The notes under the pieces: model-generated
Database searches by the model: none
What the model was told of the DNA's origin: nothing
The model's input: only the letters and a program-made list of their open reading frames with translations
Position numbers and translations under genes: made by a program
Assembly (NCBI RefSeq): GCF_002310835.1
Contig: NZ_CP011041.1
Coordinates: 3,240,001 to 3,272,000, forward strand
Reading direction: 5' to 3'
Source of the DNA: Pseudoalteromonas tetraodonis
GTDB taxonomy: Bacteria; Pseudomonadota; Gammaproteobacteria; Enterobacterales; Alteromonadaceae
DNA: 32,000 nucleotides
Shown here: one piece after another, positions 9,149 through 18,907 of the stretch
Layout: each line of letters starts with the position of its first letter
Numbering within the stretch: the first letter of the stretch is position 1

Positions 9149-11812
9149 ATGTTGAAAACAAAAATAACGCCATTGGCGCTTGTGTTAGCAAGCCTCAGTG
9201 CACCCGCTACCGCTAACCTCGTTATATCAGAATACGTAGAGGGCAGTAGCTATAATAAAGCAGTAGAACTATTTAATAATTCGACAACCCCACTGTCATT
9301 GGATGGCTACACCCTAAGTCTCTATTCAAATGGCAATACAGAGGCAAACAATACGCTCGATTTAACCGGTGAACTTGCTGCTAATAGCACTTATGTCATT
9401 GTTAATGGTAATGCTTCAGTTGAATTAAAAGAAAAAGCAGATCAACTCAGCGCCGTCACTAACTTTAATGGTGATGACGCACTGGTACTTACGCAAGGCT
9501 CAACCGTTATTGATAGCTTTGGTCAACGCGGCGTAGATCCAGGTTCATTTTGGTCTGAAGGTGGCGTACAAACACAAAATAAAACACTGCGCCGTAAAGA
9601 AACTCAATTAAACGGACGCACTGATGCCGATGGCGCTTTTAATCCAAGTGAGCTATGGCTGCAATTTGATCAAGATGATTTTAGTGATCTAGGTATCTTT
9701 GCAGGGAATTCTTCACCTAATCCAGATCCTGAGCCAGAACCTGAAGATCCTTTACTATGTGGCGCTGATAAAACATTAATTAGCAGTATTCAAGGTGAAG
9801 GCGCAAGCAGTCCACTGGTTAACACTGTGGTTGAATTTGAAGGCGTTGTGACAGCTGATTTCCAAGCAGATGATCAGCTCAAAGGCTTTTTTGTAAATTC
9901 ACTTAATAGTGATGAAGATACAAATCCCCTTACTTCTGAAGGTGTATTTGTTTACTTTACCAATACTGATGTTAATGTTGGCGACCATGTTCGCGTACAA
10001 GGTACTGTTGAAGAGTACTTTGATGCCACCCAAATTGGTAATGTTAGCCAAGTTGCTATTTGTGATACCGGCCTTTCAGCTTATCCGACTAAAATCACTT
10101 TACCCGTTATCGATCAAAGTGAGTTAGAAGTATTTGAAGGTATGTTGGTGACCCTAGAGCAGCCATTAGTTGTCACGAATAACTATGGTTTAGGTCGTTA
10201 CGGTGAATTAGAGCTTGCCACCGAACGTTTATATCAAGGGACACAAGTTGCACTTCCTGGTGCGGCAGCAAATGCGGTTGAAGCGCAAAATCTAACTAAA
10301 AAAATACTCGTAGATGATGGCTCAACTCGTCAAAATCGCGATCCTATTGCTTACCCTGTACCTGGATTATCAGCAGAGAATACGCTGCGTACTGGCGATA
10401 CAGTAAATACCGTTACTGGCGCCCTAGCGTACAGCTTTAGCACTTACCGTATTCACCCAACGGTCACACCTCAGTTTATAGCTACGAATCCACGCACCGA
10501 TGCGCCAGAGTTAAACCCTGACGCTGATTTACGTGTTGCCAGCTTTAACGTGCTTAACTACTTTAATGGCGATGGCCAAGGCGGCGGTTTCCCAACTAGC
10601 CGAGGCGCTGACTCAGAAGTAGAATTAATTCGTCAACAGGCCAAACTAGTTAGTGCTATCAGTGCTATGCAAGCTGATGTGATTGGCTTAATGGAAATTG
10701 AAAATGACGGCTTTGGCGAATTTAGTGCAGTTGCAAGCTTAGTAAATGCACTTAATGATGCCGACAGTCAAAATCAATATGCATTTGTGGACTTTGGTGT
10801 TGATAAAATCGGCACCGACGCTATTACTACCGCGCTTATTTATCGTGCTGATAAAGTACAGCAAGTAGGAACAGCAGCGATTACAACTGACGCGCCTTTT
10901 GACTACAGCAATCGCGCACCTATTGCGCAAAGCTTTAAGTCTTTAGAGACAGAAGAAGTCTTTACTGTTGCCGTTGCTCACTTAAAATCTAAAGGTGGTT
11001 GTGGAAGTGCAACTGGTGGAAACGCTGATCAAAATGACGGCCAAGCATGTTGGAACGAAATTCGAACTGCTGGCGCCAATGCATTTGCTGATTGGTTAAA
11101 TAGCAAACCAACAGGGGTTGATGATGAAGATATCATTCTTGTTGGCGACATGAACGCCTATGCAATGGAAGATCCTATCCGTGCATTTGCTGATAAAGGC
11201 CTTAAAAATGTGGTTGCTGAGCTAGATGGCAACACTTTAGGTTACTCTTATAGCTTTTCTGGCCGAGCGGGTAGTTTAGATCACGCCCTAGTCAGTCCAA
11301 GCTTATTAAATAAAGTAGTCAGTGCAACCGATTGGCACATTAATGCCGATGAGCCTATCTCGCTTGATTATAATGTTGAATTTAAATCTGACGCACAACA
11401 ATCAACCTTATATGCTCAAGGTCCTTACAGAGCGTCAGATCATGACCCTGTTATTGTCGATATTCGCTCGACCATTATCGCGCCACCTGAGCCAGAACCT
11501 GAAGTAATTATTGGCGAAATTAATAATATTGGCGGGTGGTTTTGGTGGAAAAGCTACAGCTTTGAAATCCCACAAGGTTATGACGAGCTAACGGTTAGCC
11601 TTGACGGTGGCTGGGGTGATGCAAACTTATTTGTACGCCATAAAAGAAACCCGACTCTTTTCAGAAAAGATTGCGCCTCAATAAGCTTCGGTAATAGTGA
11701 AAGCTGTTCATTTACCAACCCTAAAGAAGGTAAGTGGCGAGTGCGTGTAAACGGCGCCATTCCTTTTGGTAATGTTAAATTAACGTACAAAGCAACAAAG
11801 TATGCTGATTAA
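9149..11812 (+). CDS. Extracellular endonuclease of the ExeM/NucH/Xds type: signal peptide + lamin-tail (LTD) domain + endonuclease/exonuclease/phosphatase (EEP) domain + C-terminal pre-peptidase (PPC)-like domain
   Basis: 887 aa with signal peptide MLKTKITPLALVLASLSAPATA.
- LTD-like start: NLVISEYVEGSSYNKAVELFN...GYTLSLYSNG.
- EEP motifs: LRVASFNVLNYF, GLMEIEN, VGDMNAY, SDHDPVIVDI.
- PEPEPE linkers at both domain borders.
- C-terminal GGWGDANLFVRH block typical of PPC domains. Confidence 0.85.
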   Translation: MLKTKITPLALVLASLSAPATANLVISEYVEGSSYNKAVELFNNSTTPLSLDGYTLSLYSNGNTEANNTLDLTGELAANSTYVIVNGNASVELKEKADQLSAVTNFNGDDALVLTQGSTVIDSFGQRGVDPGSFWSEGGVQTQNKTLRRKETQLNGRTDADGAFNPSELWLQFDQDDFSDLGIFAGNSSPNPDPEPEPEDPLLCGADKTLISSIQGEGASSPLVNTVVEFEGVVTADFQADDQLKGFFVNSLNSDEDTNPLTSEGVFVYFTNTDVNVGDHVRVQGTVEEYFDATQIGNVSQVAICDTGLSAYPTKITLPVIDQSELEVFEGMLVTLEQPLVVTNNYGLGRYGELELATERLYQGTQVALPGAAANAVEAQNLTKKILVDDGSTRQNRDPIAYPVPGLSAENTLRTGDTVNTVTGALAYSFSTYRIHPTVTPQFIATNPRTDAPELNPDADLRVASFNVLNYFNGDGQGGGFPTSRGADSEVELIRQQAKLVSAISAMQADVIGLMEIENDGFGEFSAVASLVNALNDADSQNQYAFVDFGVDKIGTDAITTALIYRADKVQQVGTAAITTDAPFDYSNRAPIAQSFKSLETEEVFTVAVAHLKSKGGCGSATGGNADQNDGQACWNEIRTAGANAFADWLNSKPTGVDDEDIILVGDMNAYAMEDPIRAFADKGLKNVVAELDGNTLGYSYSFSGRAGSLDHALVSPSLLNKVVSATDWHINADEPISLDYNVEFKSDAQQSTLYAQGPYRASDHDPVIVDIRSTIIAPPEPEPEVIIGEINNIGGWFWWKSYSFEIPQGYDELTVSLDGGWGDANLFVRHKRNPTLFRKDCASISFGNSESCSFTNPKEGKWRVRVNGAIPFGNVKLTYKATKYAD

Positions 11813-11870
11813 GCTTAATTAGTCGGTTAACAATTAGGTATTGTGACCTAAAATATCTATATAGTTACTC

Positions 11871-11900
11871 AAAAGCCGCTTTCGCGGCTTTTTTATTTTT
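11871..11900 (+). terminator. Rho-independent terminator after the nuclease gene
   Basis: Stem aaagccgc (11872-11879) pairs with gcggcttt (11884-11891) around loop tttc, followed by TTTTTTATTTTTT. Confidence 0.85.
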
Positions 11901-11978
11901 TATACAAATGTAATTCAGACAAGCTTCAGCAAACATTGCTTACTATCTATGCAAACCTTGATATGGCCTTTATCAAAT

Positions 11979-12020
11979 TTCACACCTTTCATTTATTGTT
12001 TAATAAATACAAAGTGTGAA
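11979..12020. promoter_or_regulatory. 42-bp imperfect palindrome upstream of opgG (candidate operator)
   Basis: Arm ttcacacctttcatttatt (11979-11997) matches the reverse complement of 12002-12020 (ttcacactttgtatttatt) at 16/19 positions. The centre is gttt. It lies 116-157 nt upstream of the opgG ATG. Confidence 0.35.
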
Positions 12021-12135
12021 GCTGCGTTACTACACCTGCGCTAAAACGATAATTGCCCAGTCCTGCTAACCCATATAAAAACCATTGAGATAGACGTTAC
12101 TCTCGCTGTAAATATATTTTTATAAAGGATTCAAA

Positions 12136-13755
12136 ATGAAAGAACGCATTCACCTTATATCAACTTGTCAAAGGGCTTTTAAACCTTTGGTAGGGATGTT
12201 GATAGTTTTTTCACTGTGGGGAACGAACAACGCCATTGCAGCAATCTCATTAGAAGCGGCAATACCACAAGGCAGCTTATTTGATGTGATAAGTGCGCGT
12301 GCTAAAAAGCTTGCTGAGCAAGATTACATTGCACCTAAAAACATACAAATAGAAGCGCTCAATAGTATTGATTATCAAGACTACCGCTCAATCCGCTTCA
12401 AACACGATCAATCGGTATGGAAAGATGAAGGGCTTTATGAGCTGCAACTGTTTCACCCAGGTTTTTTATATAAAACCCCAGTCAAAATCAATATCGTTGA
12501 TCAAGATGCCAAACTTAGCCGCCTCCCATTTAGCACAGACTTTTATCAATATGATGGAACAGCAGCACACCTAAAAGATGAAATAGCAAAAAGTGTTGAA
12601 GGTACACAGTTAGGGCATGCTGGTTTTAGATTGCATTACCCACTAAATAACGATGACTATAAAGATGAAATTATGGTGTTTCAGGGCGCTTCTTATTTTC
12701 GCCTAGTTGGACCTAATCAAGTTTATGGCTTATCAGCACGCGGATTGGCAATTGATACCGCACAAACATCTGGTGAAGAGTTTCCTTCATTCAAAGAGTT
12801 TTGGTTAGTAAAACCAACACCAGAGCAAACTAATATTACTATTTTTGCTTTACTCGATAGCCCATCGGTAGCGGGAGCCTACAAGTTTGAAATAGACCCA
12901 AACACACAGACACGAGTTAACGTCGACATGCAAATTTTTGCGCGTAAAGATGTTAAAAAGCTAGGTATAGCGCCATTAACGAGCATGTTTTATCACGGTG
13001 AAAATAGCACTAAGTTTTTTGATGATTACCGCCCTGAAGTACATGATTCAGATGGTTTGCTCACGCAGTCACAAGAGAGCAATTGGGTATGGCGTCCGCT
13101 TAATAATCCATCCCAACTCAGTGTAACCTCTTTTTCTTATGAGAATCCAAAAGGCTTTGGCCTTGTGCAGCGTGACCGTGACTTTAATAACTACTTTGAT
13201 ATAGAAGCGCATTACCATGACCGCCCTAGCCTTTGGATAGAACCACAAGGTGAATGGGGCAATGGCCGTGTTGAGCTAGTAGAAATTCCAACAGATACTG
13301 AAACAAACGATAATATTGTAAGTTATTGGGTTCCTGAAAAGCCGTTCAAAGCAGGAGAGGCATTAAAGTTTAGCTATAAGATGACGACGTTTAATGATTA
13401 TCTAAGCCAAAATAATTTGGCCAAAGTAGCTAGAACGCGTATTGGTAGTGCCGCATTACCTGGTGAAGATAATCCACCGCCAAAAAGCCATCGTCAATTT
13501 ACTGTTGACTTTACCGGCCCTGATATCAATCAGTTATCAGCAAAATTAGCACTTAGCGCAGATCTTCAGCTTACTACCGGTGAAGCCCGCGATATTACAG
13601 TGCAAAAATTACCAAAATCATTAGGTTGGCGTGTTGCTTTTAAAGTCGCTCCCCAAGGTAGTGATCCTGTAGATATGCGTTTATCGCTAAAGCTACGTAA
13701 TAAAGAAGTGAGCGAGGTATGGAGCTATGTTTGGTATCCAAATGACATCAAGTAA
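12136..13755 (+). CDS. opgG: Glucans biosynthesis protein G (periplasmic, osmoregulated periplasmic glucan synthesis)
   Basis: 539 aa with an N-terminal signal-like segment. Blocks match the MdoG/OpgG family: YRSIRF, FHPGF, GASYFR, EFPSFKEFWL, GAYKFEI, HDSDGL and VELVEIPT. It sits immediately upstream of opgH as in E. coli. Confidence 0.92.
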   Translation: MKERIHLISTCQRAFKPLVGMLIVFSLWGTNNAIAAISLEAAIPQGSLFDVISARAKKLAEQDYIAPKNIQIEALNSIDYQDYRSIRFKHDQSVWKDEGLYELQLFHPGFLYKTPVKINIVDQDAKLSRLPFSTDFYQYDGTAAHLKDEIAKSVEGTQLGHAGFRLHYPLNNDDYKDEIMVFQGASYFRLVGPNQVYGLSARGLAIDTAQTSGEEFPSFKEFWLVKPTPEQTNITIFALLDSPSVAGAYKFEIDPNTQTRVNVDMQIFARKDVKKLGIAPLTSMFYHGENSTKFFDDYRPEVHDSDGLLTQSQESNWVWRPLNNPSQLSVTSFSYENPKGFGLVQRDRDFNNYFDIEAHYHDRPSLWIEPQGEWGNGRVELVEIPTDTETNDNIVSYWVPEKPFKAGEALKFSYKMTTFNDYLSQNNLAKVARTRIGSAALPGEDNPPPKSHRQFTVDFTGPDINQLSAKLALSADLQLTTGEARDITVQKLPKSLGWRVAFKVAPQGSDPVDMRLSLKLRNKEVSEVWSYVWYPNDIK

Positions 13756-15691
13756 ACAAAGCGCAGGCACGCCGATGCCTTTTAAAACACTTCGTGTGTG
13801 GTTATTTGCTATCGCTGCTATTGGTCTTTCAGGCTATGGCATTTCAATTATGTTTGAAATTTTAAACTCAAATGGCATGACCTTGCTTGAGTATGCACTT
13901 CTTGCTTTATTTTCTATTACTTTTGCGTGGATAGTCACCGCATTTTGTAGTGGTTGTATTGGTTTTATACTGCAGCTATTTCGGATAGATCCACTCACAC
14001 TTAAAAAAATAAAGCCGGTCTCTATTAACAGTGAAGCACTATCACAGCAAAAAACAGCTGTGGTTATGCCTATATATAACGAAGATACGCACAGAGTGAT
14101 TGCAGGCTTTGAAGTCAGCTTACAATCATTAAAAGCGACAGGGCAATTAAAACACTTTGATTTTTATTTACTAAGCGATACACAAGACGCAACTATTGCT
14201 AGTAATGAATTAAGTGCATGGCATGCGTTATGTGAGCGCTTAGGTGATACTGCAAAGCAGGTATTTTATCGTCGCCGTGAAGATAACAAACATCGTAAAG
14301 TGGGTAACTTAACCGACTTTTGTGAGCGCTGGGGTAGCCAATACGAGCATATGATTGTATTGGATGCCGATAGTGTAATGACTGGCCAATGCATGCTAGA
14401 GCTCACTACCAGTATGCTAAATAATCCACAAGCGGGATTGATTCAGACTATCCCTATTCCTGTGCGCCAAGATACCTTTTTTGGACGCTTTTTACAGTTC
14501 GCTTCAATTCTTTATAGTCCAATGTTAGCTACCGGCTCTGCTTTTTGGCAGACCGACAAAGCCAATTACTGGGGCCATAATGCCATTATTCGCGTCAAAG
14601 CATTTATTGATTGCTGTGGCTTGCCAACACTAAAAGGTAAAGCGCCTTTTGGTGGTGAAATTTTAAGTCATGATTTTGTGGAAGCCTCTTTATTACATAG
14701 CGCGAATTGGGACGTATTATTACTTGCCGATATTGAAGGCAGTTACGAGGAAGTTCCGAGCAACATATTAGATTATGCTGTACGCGATAGACGCTGGGTT
14801 CAAGGTAATATTCAACACCTTGGCTTATTATCATCAGCAAAATTAAAGCTAATGAGTAAGCTGCATTTTTTACTGGGTGCAACCGCGTATATATCATCAC
14901 TCATTTGGTTATCTATGCTGGCGTTAAGTACCATAGATGCGGTAACACGCGCTTTAAATAGCGATGTCTATTTTAATCGCGCCTATCAACTATTTCCAAC
15001 TTGGCAAATAGCCAAAACAGAACTCATTGACTCATTACTTTACCTAACTATCATTATTTTATTATTGCCTAAACTCATGGGCGTGATTGTTACCTTAGTA
15101 CACCGTAAGCAGCGCTTTGGTGGTGCATTAAAACTTACTTTAGGGTCTATAATTGAAACCGTGTTTGCCATTATTGTGGCACCATTAATGATGGTTTTTC
15201 ATGCATATTTTGTAGTCTGTGTATTTTTAGGTAAAAAAGTAAAATGGGACGCTCAACCGCGTGAAGGCAGAATGGTGCCATGGAAAGAAGCGTTTAGTTA
15301 TACATTGCTTTCTTCGCTGATTGCCATTGTATGGGGTAGCGTTGCTTATTACTTTACGCCAGTCTTTTTTTGGTGGTTATCTCCTATTTTATTAGGGCTC
15401 ATACTCGCTGCACCTATTGTGCGCTATTCAAGTAGTATCAAGCTAGGCGTTAAGCTCAGAAAATGGGGGATTTTTCTCTGCCCGAGTGAAGTCGATAATG
15501 ATGCAACATTAGCGGCACTTAAAGTACACCTCAAAGAGATAACCGTTCCACCTGCAGGGCGTTATTCAACAGCAATACCGCTGTTACCACAAGAACATAA
15601 AGTAACCATGCCTATTCAGAGCTTTAGTAGTGAATCACATCGTAAGAAGTTTAAAGCACTCATCACAAAAACAGCTAATAAGCTAAATTAA
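13727..15691 (+). CDS. opgH: Glucans biosynthesis glucosyltransferase H (GT2, polytopic membrane protein)
   Basis: 654 aa. MPIYNED, FYRRRE.N..RKVGN, LDADSVM, YWGHNAIIRV, ILSHDFVEA and RDRRWVQGN blocks are near-identical to E. coli MdoH/OpgH. The start at 13727 overlaps opgG by 29 nt and has a GAGG 9 nt upstream. An alternative ATG at 13742 has no SD. Confidence 0.92.
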   Translation: MFGIQMTSSKQSAGTPMPFKTLRVWLFAIAAIGLSGYGISIMFEILNSNGMTLLEYALLALFSITFAWIVTAFCSGCIGFILQLFRIDPLTLKKIKPVSINSEALSQQKTAVVMPIYNEDTHRVIAGFEVSLQSLKATGQLKHFDFYLLSDTQDATIASNELSAWHALCERLGDTAKQVFYRRREDNKHRKVGNLTDFCERWGSQYEHMIVLDADSVMTGQCMLELTTSMLNNPQAGLIQTIPIPVRQDTFFGRFLQFASILYSPMLATGSAFWQTDKANYWGHNAIIRVKAFIDCCGLPTLKGKAPFGGEILSHDFVEASLLHSANWDVLLLADIEGSYEEVPSNILDYAVRDRRWVQGNIQHLGLLSSAKLKLMSKLHFLLGATAYISSLIWLSMLALSTIDAVTRALNSDVYFNRAYQLFPTWQIAKTELIDSLLYLTIIILLLPKLMGVIVTLVHRKQRFGGALKLTLGSIIETVFAIIVAPLMMVFHAYFVVCVFLGKKVKWDAQPREGRMVPWKEAFSYTLLSSLIAIVWGSVAYYFTPVFFWWLSPILLGLILAAPIVRYSSSIKLGVKLRKWGIFLCPSEVDNDATLAALKVHLKEITVPPAGRYSTAIPLLPQEHKVTMPIQSFSSESHRKKFKALITKTANKLN

Positions 15692-15751
15692 TACCAATTC
15701 GCTTAATTAAGTCAGCTATTTTGAAGATTGGTATAGTCATAATAAATAAAA

Positions 15752-15781
15752 AAGGAGCAACTAACTGTTGTTCCTTTTTTA
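15752..15781 (+). terminator. Rho-independent terminator after opgH
   Basis: aggagcaac pairs with gttgttcct (9 bp, one G-U) around loop taact, followed by TTTTTT. Confidence 0.7.
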
Positions 15782-15825
15782 TGACCGCACGTTTTAATTT
15801 TCGAGCTTAATAACCTTCAGACAAT

Positions 15826-15857
15826 AAAAAACCCGCAACAAGTGCGGGTTTTTTTTA
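15826..15857 (-). terminator. Bidirectional rho-independent terminator (serves the EF-G gene on the minus strand)
   Basis: Stem acccgca (15831-15837) pairs with tgcgggt (15843-15849). It is flanked by an A run upstream and a T run of 8 downstream, so it reads as hairpin + U tract on both strands. It lies 18 nt beyond the EF-G stop. Confidence 0.85.
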
Positions 15858-15874
15858 AAGAGTTAAAGTGCTAA

Positions 15875-17959
15875 TTACTTAGCTGCTTTTTTCTCTTTTT
15901 CTGCAGCGATTACTGTGTCAGCTACGTTTTGTGGACATGGTGCGTAGTGTGAGAACTCCATAGAGAACTGACCACGACCTGATGTCATTGTACGTAGTGA
16001 ACCGATGTAACCGAACATTTCTGATAACGGTACGTCTGCTTTAATGCGAACGCCAGTTAAACCAGCTTCTTGGTCGCTTAACATACCACGACGACGGTTA
16101 AGGTCACCGATTACGTCACCTACGTGATCTTCTGGCGTGAACACGTCAACTTTCATGATTGGCTCAAGAAGTTGTGCACCCGCTTTAGGGATAGACTGAC
16201 GGAAAGCGCCTTTAGCTGCGATTTCGAATGCGATTGCTGATGAATCCACGGCGTGGAAGCCACCGTCGAAAAGTTCAACTTCAACGTCAAGTACTGGGAA
16301 GCCAGCTAGAACACCTTCGTTCATCATTGACTTAAAGCCTTTCTCAACTGCAGGCCAGAATTCTTTAGGTACGTTACCACCAACAACTGAAGATGTGAAC
16401 GTGAAACCAGAACCCACTTCGCCAGGCTTGATACGGTAATCGATTTTACCGAATTGACCAGAACCACCAGATTGTTTCTTATGCGTGTAGCTATCTTCGA
16501 TTTCACGAGTGATAGTTTCACGGTAAGCAACCTGTGGTTGACCAACGATAAGGTCTACACCGTAAGTACGCTTAAGGATATCTACTTTGATATCTAAGTG
16601 AAGCTCACCCATACCTTTAAGGATAGTTTCACCTGAATCTTCATCAGTTTCAACTTGGAAAGATGGATCTTCTGCAACCATTTTACCGATAGCAACACCC
16701 ATTTTCTCATTACCGCCTTTATCTTTAGGCTGTACAGCAATCGAGATTACTGGAGTTGGGAATACCATTGGCTCAAGTGTTACTGGGTGCTTAGGATCAC
16801 AAAGAGTGTGACCAGTTTGCACGTTCTTCATACCAACGATAGCGATGATATCGCCCGCTTGCGCTGAAGTAAGCTCTTTACGCTCATCTGCTTGCATCTC
16901 AACCATACGGCCAACACGCTCAGTTTTACCAGTAAATGCATTAAGGATAGTGTCACCCTTGTTAAGCACACCAGAGTAGATACGTACGAATGTTAATGCA
17001 CCGAAACGGTCATCCATGATCTTAAATGCTAACGCTTTGAAAGGTTCGTCAGCAGATACGATTGCATGCTCGCCGTTTTCGTTACCTTCTTCATCCATAA
17101 GAGGTTGAGGATCAACTTCTGTAGGAGCAGGTAGGTAATCTACTACTGCGTCAAGTACAAGTTGCATACCTTTGTTTTTGAATGCAGAACCACAGAATGT
17201 AGGGAAGAACGCAAGGTCACGAGTACCTTTACGGATACAACGCTTGATGTCTTCGATTGAAGGGATTTCACCTTCCATGTACGCTTCCATTAGGTCATCG
17301 TCTTGCTCTACAGCAGTTTCGATAAGCATTTCATGGTATTCATCAGTTTTCTCTACCATGTCTGCAGGAACGTCTTCAATAGTGTAGTTTTCTGGAAGAC
17401 CTGTCTCATCCCAGATGTATGCTTTTTTGTTTAAAACATCAACAACACCACAGAACTCATCTTCGATACCGATTGGTAAAGTCATGATAAGTGGAGTAGC
17501 ACCAAGTACTTTTTGTACTTGCGCTGTTACACGGAAAAAATCAGCACCCATACGGTCTAATTTGTTTACGAAGATGATACGTGCAACACCTGACTCATTC
17601 GCGTAGCGCCAGTTAGTTTCTGATTGTGGCTCAACACCACCAGAACCACAGAATACACCCACACCGCCATCTAATACTTTAAGTGAACGGTAAACTTCAA
17701 CGGTGAAGTCAACGTGTCCAGGAGTATCGATAACGTTAAAACGGTGATCTTTCCAGAAACAGCTTACTGCCGCAGACTGGATAGTAATACCGCGCTCAGC
17801 TTCTTGATCCATGAAATCGGTAGTCGATTCACCATCATGAACCTCACCTGTTTTGTGGATAGTACCTGTAAGCTTTAGGATACGCTCAGTAGTTGTGGTT
17901 TTACCCGCATCAACGTGCGCGAAAATACCAATGTTTCTGTACTTCGATAAATCTGCCAT
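15875..17959 (-). CDS. fusA: Elongation factor G paralogue (EF-G 2 type), monocistronic
   Basis: The start is trimmed from the track ORF (18031) to the ATG at 17959, giving [28 protein letters not shown], the canonical EF-G N-terminus and G1 motif. DTPGHVDF (G3) and NKLD (G4) are present and domains II-V are recognisable. An AAGAG SD lies 9 nt upstream. It is not in an rpsL-rpsG-fusA-tuf context. Confidence 0.92.
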   Translation of the reverse strand: MADLSKYRNIGIFAHVDAGKTTTTERILKLTGTIHKTGEVHDGESTTDFMDQEAERGITIQSAAVSCFWKDHRFNVIDTPGHVDFTVEVYRSLKVLDGGVGVFCGSGGVEPQSETNWRYANESGVARIIFVNKLDRMGADFFRVTAQVQKVLGATPLIMTLPIGIEDEFCGVVDVLNKKAYIWDETGLPENYTIEDVPADMVEKTDEYHEMLIETAVEQDDDLMEAYMEGEIPSIEDIKRCIRKGTRDLAFFPTFCGSAFKNKGMQLVLDAVVDYLPAPTEVDPQPLMDEEGNENGEHAIVSADEPFKALAFKIMDDRFGALTFVRIYSGVLNKGDTILNAFTGKTERVGRMVEMQADERKELTSAQAGDIIAIVGMKNVQTGHTLCDPKHPVTLEPMVFPTPVISIAVQPKDKGGNEKMGVAIGKMVAEDPSFQVETDEDSGETILKGMGELHLDIKVDILKRTYGVDLIVGQPQVAYRETITREIEDSYTHKKQSGGSGQFGKIDYRIKPGEVGSGFTFTSSVVGGNVPKEFWPAVEKGFKSMMNEGVLAGFPVLDVEVELFDGGFHAVDSSAIAFEIAAKGAFRQSIPKAGAQLLEPIMKVDVFTPEDHVGDVIGDLNRRRGMLSDQEAGLTGVRIKADVPLSEMFGYIGSLRTMTSGRGQFSMEFSHYAPCPQNVADTVIAAEKEKKAAK

Positions 17960-17999
17960 TAATTTTACTCTTAATAAAGTCGATAAATTATTCGGCGGG

Positions 18000-18008
18000 A
18001 GTATAGCA
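18000..18008 (-). promoter_or_regulatory. Candidate extended -10 promoter for the EF-G paralogue
   Basis: The minus strand reads TGCTATACT (TGnTATAAT-like, 8/9), ending 40 nt upstream of the ATG at 17959. The -35 is poor (GACTTC). Confidence 0.3.
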
Positions 18009-18237
18009 TTACTTAAAGCGAACATCACCATAGAAGTCGCTTAAAATGCAATCAATTTATAAAAAACTTGCTTTAAAGATATTTTGAGGTATGAGATGGG
18101 CTTAAAAGAGGCATATTATAAACTGTATTTAAACGACTTAAGTCTTTATCAGCGTCATTGTTGAACGTCAAAAGCGCAATCGGATGATGACATGAAGCAA
18201 ACACAATTATTTTGCTCCATGTAAATCGTTAGTAAAA

Positions 18238-18897
18238 TCACTCAAAACTCATAGTTTTGACTTTGTCGCTAATAACTAAATTACCCGCAGTTTTGGCTTT
18301 GATTTCATCAATAGTCACACCGGGTGCGCATTCTAATAAATGAAAAGCGCCATCTTTTATTTCTAATAGAGCCAAATCAGTAATTACTTTATTGATACAA
18401 CCAACGCCGGTTAACGGTAGGTTGCATTTATTCAGTAGCTTTGATTCACCGTGTTTATTAGCATGGGTCATAGTGCAAATAATGTTTTTTGCCCCAGCCA
18501 CTAAATCCATCGCCCCGCCCATACCTTTGACCAATTTATTAGGGATCATCCAACTGGCAATGTTACCGTTTTGGTCCACTTCAAACGCACCCAGCACGGT
18601 TAAATCAACATGCCCACCGCGGATCATGGCAAAGCTCTCAGCAGAGCTAAAAATAGCGGCACCCGTAGCTGCGGTTACTGTTTCTTTTCCTGCGTTGATC
18701 ATATCGGCATCTACATTTTCAGCGGTAGGATAGGGCCCCATGCCCAGTAACCCATTTTCTGATTGCAGCATTACCTCAATGCCCTTAGGCACATAATTGG
18801 CCACCAATGTAGGTATCCCTATTCCTAAGTTAACGTAGTAGCCATCTTGTAATTCCATTGCCACGCGTTTTGCTATTTGCTCTCGTGTTAATGCCAT
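18238..18897 (-). CDS. scoB: 3-oxoacid (acetoacetate) CoA-transferase subunit B
   Basis: The start is trimmed from the track ORF to the ATG at 18897: MALTREQIAKRVAMELQDGYYVNLGIGIPT. SENG and GMGGAMDLV blocks are typical of ScoB/AtoA. It lies 10 nt downstream of the subunit A stop. Confidence 0.88.
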   Translation of the reverse strand: MALTREQIAKRVAMELQDGYYVNLGIGIPTLVANYVPKGIEVMLQSENGLLGMGPYPTAENVDADMINAGKETVTAATGAAIFSSAESFAMIRGGHVDLTVLGAFEVDQNGNIASWMIPNKLVKGMGGAMDLVAGAKNIICTMTHANKHGESKLLNKCNLPLTGVGCINKVITDLALLEIKDGAFHLLECAPGVTIDEIKAKTAGNLVISDKVKTMSFE

Positions 18898-18907
18898 TAT
18901 GTGCTCC

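Noticed and set aside
17960-18031. N-terminal extensions offered by the ORF track for EF-G (to 18031), scoB (to 19041), scoA (to 19687) and the response regulator (from 25619)
   Set aside because: In each case the conserved family N-terminus begins at an internal ATG preceded by a Shine-Dalgarno (17959, 18897, 19615, 25724). The extensions would also overlap upstream genes or non-coding hairpins.
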